DNA from: a virus
Lineage: Duplodnaviria; Caudoviricetes
Length of the DNA stretch: 62,168 bases
IMG/VR virus record: IMGVR_UViG_3300018432_000570
Coordinates: 1 to 62,168 of that record
Direction: 5' to 3' (one strand)
Shown: piece after piece, positions 1 to 9,000 of the stretch
How the letters are laid out: each line of letters opens with the position of its first letter
How positions within the stretch are numbered: the first letter of the stretch is position 1
Notes under the pieces: model-generated
What the model saw: the letters and a program-made list of their open reading frames with translations, nothing else
What the model was told of the DNA's origin: nothing
Database searches by the model: none
Translations under genes and position numbers: made by a program

Positions 1-3000
1 GCCGGCATGATCGTCGACCACGTCCTGCCCGTAGCCGCGGCCGAAGCGGTAGACGTCGCGCTGGCCGCCGCCGACCAGCAGATCGTTGCCGGCGCCGCCG
101 TCGAGAACGTCCTCGCCCTGGTTGCCGCGAAGCTCGTCGTTACCCGCGCCGCCCAGCAGGGTCCTGCCGTCATAATCGTCGTGCAGAACGTCGTCGCCGG
201 CGGTCGGGGCCAGCGCCCGGGCCATCAGGTCCGAGTGCAGCCACACCGTGCCGTCGGCGAAGCGAACCTCCTCGATCCGACGATCGCCGTTATTGACCGT
301 TTCGAACAGGCGCAGGCTGTCGTCGGTGCCGACGATGCGCAGCTCGAGATCGTTGGCGGAGGTCTGAACCACCTGGATGTCGGCGGCGGTGATCCCCGCG
401 CCGAGCTGAACGCGGTCGTAATCGCCGGTATTCCACCAGGCGCCGCCATGATCGTCGACCGTGTCGCGGCCGGAGCCCCGGCCGAAAAGGTAGACGTCGC
501 CCTGGCCCCCGCCGATCAGGGTATCGTTGCCGGGCCCGCCGTCGAGCACGTCGGCGCCCTGGTTGCCGCGGACCACGTCGTCGCCCCAGCCGCCGGTCAG
601 CGTGTTCGCGCCTCCGTCGCCCTCGATTTCGGCATCGGCGGCGCTTGCGAACGGCGCGCCGTTGAAATTGCCGGCGGTCAGGCTGCCCGCGGCGACTCCG
701 GCGAGGCGAAGCAGGAGGCGGGCATCGTCGAGGCTCGCGAGACCCGGCGGCGCGAAATAGACGTAGGTGTCGGCCCCTACCTGCCGGGTGACGACGGTGC
801 CGGCGAGGCCGACGGCGATCCGGATGTCGAGGATGTCGCCCGAATCCCCGATCTGGAAGTCGGTAATCGTGACGACCGCGTCGTCGTCGGCCGCGAGCGG
901 CACGAACAGGCGATAGGTGTCGCGCCCGGCAGTGCCGGTCAGCGTGCGCGGCCCGCCGGCGCTGCCGACCCCTTCCTCGTCCCCGCCGGTGGCGCCGCCG
1001 CCGCCGCTGCCGCCGCCGGGGGCTCCGGCGAACGGCGCCGCTGCGAACGGATCCACGCCGGCGACGGACGGATTGAGCCGGCGCTCGGCCGCCTCGGCGG
1101 TGACGGCCTGAGCGATCAGGTCCGCCGCGCTCCACTGGGCGCCGTTGGCGAAGGTCACACGGTCGATCGGCGGCGGCGAGGCCGTGGCCTGGCCCTCGAT
1201 CCTGATCCGGTCCTGGCTGCCGACGATGCGCAGGACGAGATCGTCGCCTTCGCGCACCACCACCACCTCGGCGGGCGCGATTCCGGCTCCGAGCTGGAGG
1301 GTGTCGTCGGACCACCACCAGTTGTTGCCCTCACGGATCGTGTCGCGGCCGTCGCCGCGCCGGAAGACGTAGTGGTTGTCGCCATGGCCCCCGGCGAGCA
1401 AATCGTCGCCGGTGCCGCCGTCGAGCGTCAGCGCAAGATCGAGGGAGGTCCCGAGGTCGATGACGTCGTCGCCGCCCGTGCCGAGCGACAGCCGAGCGTA
1501 GATGTCGTTCAGCGACCAGGTCACGCCATTGGCGAAGACGAACTCCTCGACGCCATGGTCGGTCGGCGCATTGGAATCGACGAGCATGTTGCGGAGGGTC
1601 AGCCGGTCGCCGGTGCCGGCGATTCCGATCACCAGGTCGGCCGGACCGACGGCGAGGATTCGGATGTCCTCCGGCGCGATGCCGGGCCCGAAACGGATCC
1701 GGTCGAGCTTCGAGCGGTCGTCTTCCTCGAAGTCGACGATGACGTCCTGGCCGTCGCCGCGCTCGAAATAATAGGTGTCGGCGCCGCTCTTCCCTTCGAG
1801 CAGGTCGTCACCCTTGCCGCCGGCCATTATGTCGGCGCCCCGTCCGCCCTCGAGCCGGTCGTTGCCTAGGCCGCCGTCGACATTGCCGCCCGGCACCGCG
1901 CCGCCGTTGATCGAAGAGGCCGAGGCGACGATATGGTCGTCGCGATCGCTCGGCGGCACCGACAAGGCGAGCTGCGCATGGGTCAGCGAGCGACCGTCGG
2001 CGAACCGCACCTGGGCGATGACCGGATCGGAATCGCCGGCCGGGTCGACCAGGGTCAGGCGATCGTTCGTTCCGACGAGGACGAGCACGAGATTCCCGTC
2101 GGAATCGCGCTTGACGGCGATGTCTTCGAGCTCGATGCCGGCGCCGAATTCGACGAGACCGCGCCCGTCGGCCGAGCCGTTGCTTTCGATCCGGTCCTGA
2201 CCGTCGCCACGATTGAAGCGGTAGACGTCGCTGCCGCCGCCGCCGACGATGACGTCGTTGCCGGTGCCGCCGGAAAAGATTTCGTCCCCCGCGGTCCCGG
2301 TGAGGCGATCGTCCCGGGTACTGCCCTCGCCGTCGACCCGGTCGAACAGCTGGTCGCGGCTGATCTGGGTGCCGTCGCCGAACTCGACGATGTCCACGCC
2401 GGCGAGCGCGGCGCCGTAGCGAAGCACGACTTCGTCCGCGCCGTCGCCGAACGAGAGGATGAGCTCGTTGGCGCCCGGCGCGGTTCGGCCGACCCGCATC
2501 TCGTCGGGCCGGTAACCGCTGATCTTGAGGATGTCATGACCGGCGCCGTCCTCGACGACATCGCGCCCATCGCCGCGGGAATAATGATATTCGTCGTTCC
2601 CCCCGCCGCCGCTCACCTGGTCGTTGCCGCGGCCGCCGCTGAAAACGTCGTCGCGCGCACTGCCGAGGATGAAGTCGTCGCCCTCGCCCGACTGGTCTGC
2701 AATAGACCGCTGGATCAGAGCGGCGGCGTCCCAGATCTGGCCGTCCGCAAACTCGATGGTGGGGACGGCGCCGCCGCCGGCCGCGCCGACGAGAATCAGC
2801 TGGTCGCCGGTCGAGGGGAAGGCGATGATGAGGTCGCTGCTGTCCAGCGCGGCGAGCCGAACCACGGCCTCCCCCGAACCGTAGCCGGCGATCTCGACGA
2901 TTGCGTGGGTGACGCCGGACGGCATCTCGATCCGGTCGATGCCGTCGCCGGCGTTGAACACGATCCGGCCGTCGGTCGCCATGATGATTCGGTCGTGACC

Positions 3001-6000
3001 CGCGCCGGGCCCGACCGCCGCCGCGGCGCCGAGCTCGCGCAGGTCGAGCCGGTCCTGGCCGCCATTGGGGGCACCGGCCTGGATCAGAGCCCGGACGTCG
3101 GCGATCGCGAGGCTGGTGCCATCGGCGAAGCGGAACGTCTCCACGGGCTTCTGGGTGTAGCCGCCGAGGACGACGAGCTTCTCGCCGGAGACGAGGGTGA
3201 TCAGCAGGTCCCCGTCGACGTTGCGGAACGCGACCTGGTCCTGGGTGATGGCGGGGCCGAAGTCGATCCTGTCGACGCCGCCGGAATCGTCGACGCTGTC
3301 GCTGCCGTCGCCTAGTCCGAAGCGGTAGACGTCGTTGCCGAGGCCGCCCGCCATGGCGTCGGATCCCGCCGCTCCCGAAATCGTGTCGTTGCGATTGTCG
3401 AAGCCGATGAGCCGCTCGTCCGCGGCGGTTCCCGTCAGCAGTCGGTCGATGATCTGCTCCAGGGTCATGACCGACCCGTCGGCGAAGTGGAACTCCTCGA
3501 TCCTCGTATTGGCCAGGCCCCCGACGATCGTCACCACGTCGGTGCCGTTGCCGAGATCGATTACGAGGTCGTCGTCGTTGCGCGTGACGATCAGGGCGTT
3601 CTTGTCGACCGACGCGCCGAAGAAAATGCGGTCGATGGCGCCGGCCCGGTCCAACCTCTCTTCGATCCTGTCGAAGTCGTAATCGGAGGTGAAGGTGTAG
3701 GTATCGCCGGCATTGCCGCCCCTGAGGGTGTCGTCGCCCTGGCGCCCGTCGAGCGTCTGGGGATCGTTGATCGCCAGATCGGGGACCGTGATGATATTGT
3801 CGCCGAAATTGCCGGCCTCCTCGCCGGCTTCTTCGAGAATATCCTTTATGTTCAGAACCGTGCCGTCCTTGAACCTGAATATCTCGATAGCGTCTTCCAG
3901 CTCCCCGAACTGGTTCTTGATTCGGAGGGAATCGGCCGGCCGGTCGGTCAAGGTGATGAGGAGGTCGGATCCGGATGCGGTGAAGACGATGTTCCTGTTC
4001 ACCTTCCAGCGGATGTCGTCGCCGAATTCGATGACGTCGTCGACCGGAACCTGAACGCCGGCACGATCCTGCCAGGAGGCGCGGAGCCGCCGGTCCTCGA
4101 TGACGTCGTGGCCGTAGCCGGCGTCGAACTTGTAGGTATCGCCGCCGTCGCCCCCGATGAGCGTATCGGCGCCGGCGCGGCCGTCGATCAGCTCACCGAA
4201 ATCGGAGCCGTTGATCGTCTCGCCGGCGCTGGTTCCGATCAGATCGATGTCTTCCGCGTTGATCTCGGTGAAGACCACGGTGCGGTCTGAGAATTGGAAA
4301 TATTCGACGGCGGCATGCTGGACGCCGTCGCGGACATATTGGCGCTCGAGGATGATGCGCTCGCCGGAATTCCGGACGGTGATGATAAGGTCGAGGGCGG
4401 TGCGCGTGAAGTCGACGTCCGTGCTGGCGATGCCCGCCAAGACGACCCGGTCGCTGCCGCCGTCGTCGAAGATCGTGTCGGTGCCGTAGCCGCGGCCGAA
4501 CTGATAGACGTCGCTGCCGCTCATGCCGACGAGCCGGTCGTTCCCGGCGCCGCCGTCGATCGAGTCGCCGATCCCCTCGAACCCGTAGATGAGGTCGTCG
4601 CCGGTCGTCTTGGCGATGTTGACGTAATGCTGGAGGAGCTTGAGGTACGACCAGACCGTTCCGTCGCCGAACTCGATATCCTCGAGCACGTTGACATGGC
4701 CGATGAAGGGTATCTCTTCGAGGAAGTTGGTGAGGATGACCTCGTCGGCCGTGCCCCTGACCCGAAGCGTGAGGGTGTCGCCCGCGCCGTTGCCGTCGCG
4801 TTTGAACTCGAAGTCCGACCAGCGCAGGTCGTCGATGAACTTCAGCTTGTCGTGCTGGGGCCCGGAGAAGGCCTTGAAGCTGAGATCCCTGTCCTCGACG
4901 ATGTCGCGGCCATAGCCTCGGCCGAAGACGTAGGTGTCGTTGCCCTCGTATCCGGTCAGGAGATCGTCGCCCTTGCCGCCGTCGAGGGTATTGGCGTTGA
5001 GCAGCCCGTAGATGAAGTCGTCGCCGTCGGTCTTGGCGTTCTTCAGCACCTGTTCGACGATCTGGGTGAATTCGAGCGAAGTGCCGTCATCGAAGATGAA
5101 CCGCTCGATCAGAGTCGGCGACACGTAGTCGAGACCCTCACTGCCCCCCATCAACTCGCCGAACAGCCCGAGGTTCAGCGTAATCCCGCCAAGCTGCCCG
5201 ACGATCTCGATCGAATCGGTGGTCGGATTGCCGTTGGCGTCGAGCAGGATGATCTTGAGGTTGGCGCTCGCGCGGTCGCGAACCAGCTTGAGGTTGTCGG
5301 CGGTGATTCCGGGCCCGAAGCGAAGGAAGTCGATGCCGGCCTTGACCGGTCCGAACGAGAAGGCGCCGCGATCGTTGATCACGTCCTGGCCGTCGCCGCG
5401 CTCGAAGACATAGAAATCGCCGCCGGCGCCGCCGCTCATCGCGTCGTTGCCCTTGCCGCCCCAAAGCACGTCGCCGGATCCGGAGCCTACGAGGGAATCG
5501 TTGAAATTGCCGGCGGCGCGGGCGCGGTCGACGACCTCCATCGACATCCGGAACCGGTCCCAGATCACCCCGTCGGCGAAGACGATCGCGTTGACCCCGG
5601 TCTCGAACTTCTTGCCGCCCGTGGTGAGGTCGTTGAGCTCGCCGAGGAACTGATCGGTGAGGCGGATGACGTCGGGCCGCCCGGTGATTTCCAGGATGAG
5701 GTCCTGCCCTTCGCGGGTCGCCTTGACCTGGCTCGAGGCGACGTCGGTGAATCGAAGCTCGTCATTGTCGCCCAGATCCCGGTCGTAAATGACGTCGCTG
5801 CCCGAATTCTTGCCGACGAAATAATAATCGCTGCCGGCCCCGCCCCGGAAAGTCTGGTTGCCGGTCGACATGTAGAAGAAATCGGTCTTGGTGGTCCCGT
5901 CCACTTCGGTCGCGGCGGCGCTGTGGGTAACGATCCTCGTCTCGTCCACCGAGAGCGCATGGGCGACCCCGCGAATGTCGAGGTCGATGCCCTTCTCGAA

Positions 6001-9000
6001 CGCCGGCAGCAGCATCTGGAAGATGAAGGCCTGGTCGATCTGGACGGTCGAGCCCATCAGATTGCCCGAGCCCTTCAGCGCATAATCCGGATAGACCTGC
6101 CAGAGGATCTCGTTCCAGTCGGTCAGGTAATCGAGGACCGCGTCGTTGGCGTTGCTCGCCGGCGCCTTCTCGAAGATCGCCTCGAACATCGGGGCGAGCT
6201 CGCGACCGGTGGTCGGGCGATATTTGTCCGTCGCGACGTCGTAGGTCAGGCCGCGGGCGAAATCCTTCATGCCGCCCTGCAGCGCCATCCGAACCGCGAA
6301 ACGCCGGCTCGCGATCACATATTGGTCCATGACGACGCCGAGCATTCCGATCATCGGCTTGATCGCGGATTCGTAATGGTCGGTCGCGAGGCTGGCCCGG
6401 CCGCTGTCGTTGACCGAATAGGAGATATGGCCGGTCGCGGCGTCGATCGAAGCCGACAGCATTCCCGGATGGAAATCGAGGCCGCCCAGCGAAGTGGCGA
6501 AATGGAATTGGGCCGGAGTGAGCAGCTCGACGCGATAGGTGCTGTCGTCGGTCGAGCCGACCTCGTCGAGATGGTCGAAATCGACTTCGTAATTGCGCAG
6601 GTTGAAGTCGCGCGCATCGCCGGTCTTCGCTTCGAGCTCCAGCGCCCGGTCGAGATTGCGCGCCCAGACGTAGAATTTGCCGTCGCGGTCGGTGACCTGG
6701 ACCGTATAGTCGACCACGCGGTTGTCGGTGAATCGCACTCCGATCGCGCCGACGGTGATCGCGGCATGGGGATTGAAGCCGATTTCCTCGGTGCGCCATT
6801 CCTGCCCGGCCGGATGCGCCATCGCCAAGATGTCGGCCCGGGTCGGAGCGGCGATCGGCTGGCCGCCGGAGCCGAGAACCGCCGTCCCGCTCGCCAGCCG
6901 CCAGCTGCCGTCGGCCTTCTCGATGCCATAGTCGAGGATCACCGCCCGGCCGTCGACGACCTTCATCAGATACGGCGCTTCGTCGCGGAAATGCGTCTCC
7001 GTCGCCCGAGAGGAGGGCGACCAGGCCTGTTCGAGCCGCCAGCCCGTCCCTTGGGCGAGCACCTGCTCCATCGTCGGTCGGGCGATCGCCACGCCCCCGG
7101 AATCGCGCACCTGCGCTCCGGACGCGAGGGTCCAATAGCCGCCGGTCGAATCCTCGACATAGATGGCGCGGTCGAGAAGCACGGTCTTGCCGCCGGCGTC
7201 GGTTCCGAGCAGCACCGGGGTCAGCTCGCGGGTCAGCTCGAGAGTCGCGCCCCATTTGCCGAGCACCGCCCCCGCCTGCTCGCGAAGCGTCTTCAGCTTG
7301 GGCGTCGTCATCGCCGCCGCCGTCGCGGCCGCAAGCGTGCCGAGCTCGACGTCGTTGGCCATCGCCACCGACAGGTTGGTGATCGTTCCGAAGCCCTTGG
7401 CGCCCAGCGTAAGCCCCTGCTGCCAGGGCGCCGCGCCGCTTTCGCCGGTGTAGCGCGTGTCGACGTTGTCGGATTCGAACACCGCGTCGAACAGGCCGCC
7501 GACCCGGCCGGTGTCGAAGGTGAAGGTGCCGCCCGCCAGCAATCGGGTCCCCTGCGGCGTCACGGTATCGAGCGCGGTTCGGGAGAGGTTGATCGAGACG
7601 ATGCCGATGTCGGCGAGCGACCTGAGCTCGGCGGATTGGGTCCGGCCGTCGCCGTTGCGATCCTGCCAGACCTTGAGCTCGGACCAGATCAGGTCGGCGA
7701 CGCTGATCTTGCCGTCGACGTTGGTGTCGTAGCCGGCCAGCTCGGCGAAGCCCGACGCGCCCGGGCCGCCGAACATCTCCGAAATGTCGTCGATCAGCCC
7801 GTTGCGGTTGGCGTCGACGACGAGGAAGCCGTCGTCGCCCTTCAGCCAGCCGGTGCGCTCGGCGAACATGTCGTTGTCGATGTCGAAATAGGTACGGGCG
7901 CCGTCGACGGCGATGGTCTCGATGCCGTCGCCGTCGAGGTCGAGGACCAGCGGATCGACGCCCTTCTGCCAGCCGACGCCCTTGGCGAAGCGGTCGGCGG
8001 CCGCGGCGAGCGTCATGGCCATGTCGACGAGCGGGCCGGCCCCGCTCATCGCGAAGGTGATCAGGGTCTGCGGCAGCCGGGCGAGGATGTCGAAGATCGG
8101 ATTGACCTGCTTGAACACCATGTTCAGCGATCCCGCGGCGGTGCCGCCGGACGCCCCGGCGCCGAGGCCGAACTGGGTGAAGCCGGACCAGCTGCCCACG
8201 AAATGGAAATTCTCGACCCGCATGAAGCCGGTCAAATTCTTCGTCTCGTCCTCCCAGGTGGTCGGATCGTCCTCGGCGTGGGTGCCGCTGAACATGCCGG
8301 CCGCGCTGTCCCCCATCAGCACCTTCAGCAGCCCGTCGAAGACGTTGCCGACGTAGAGGTCGCCGTCCCGGTAGATGTAGGTGATGAACGGAAGGAAGTG
8401 GTCGAAGAACAGGCCCCGGGTCGGATCGGCCTTGCCGGTGGCGATGTCGATCATGTTGGCAAAGGCGCCGAGACCCCCGTCGCCGCCGGTGAGGGCTCCG
8501 GCCATCCCGGTGAACAAGGCGGTGATCGCGGTGTTGCCCCCGGTCAGCGGGAGCCCGTAGAACTTCAGGACGTCATGGTGCTGGGCGTCCATGATGGTGA
8601 CGTCCGGAGCGAACCAGAAATTGTCCGAATTGGCGGCATTGTCCTCGGCCCTTCGGCCCTGGGCGTCGACACCGGAGGCGTAATCGCCCCACAGCTCGCC
8701 GCCCTTGCTGGTGTTGAAGATCCAGTCGCGGCCGAGCCCGCCCGCGGTGACCGCTTTCTCGCCGCCGTTCGCGAAGATCCAGTCATTGCCTTTGCCGCCG
8801 TCGATCTCGAGGCGCAGGTTCTCAAGGGTCTTCGGCGAGTCGGGAAGCACCGGCAGGGGCGGCAGGCCGGCCAGCGCCCGAGCCGCGTTCTCGAGCTTGC
8901 GAATGTCGGCGGCGGCCTGCATGCCGGGGTTGAGCACGGTGCCCGCCTTGATGAATTTCGCGCCCTCGTAGAAGACGATGTCGTCGCCGTCGCCGGCCTT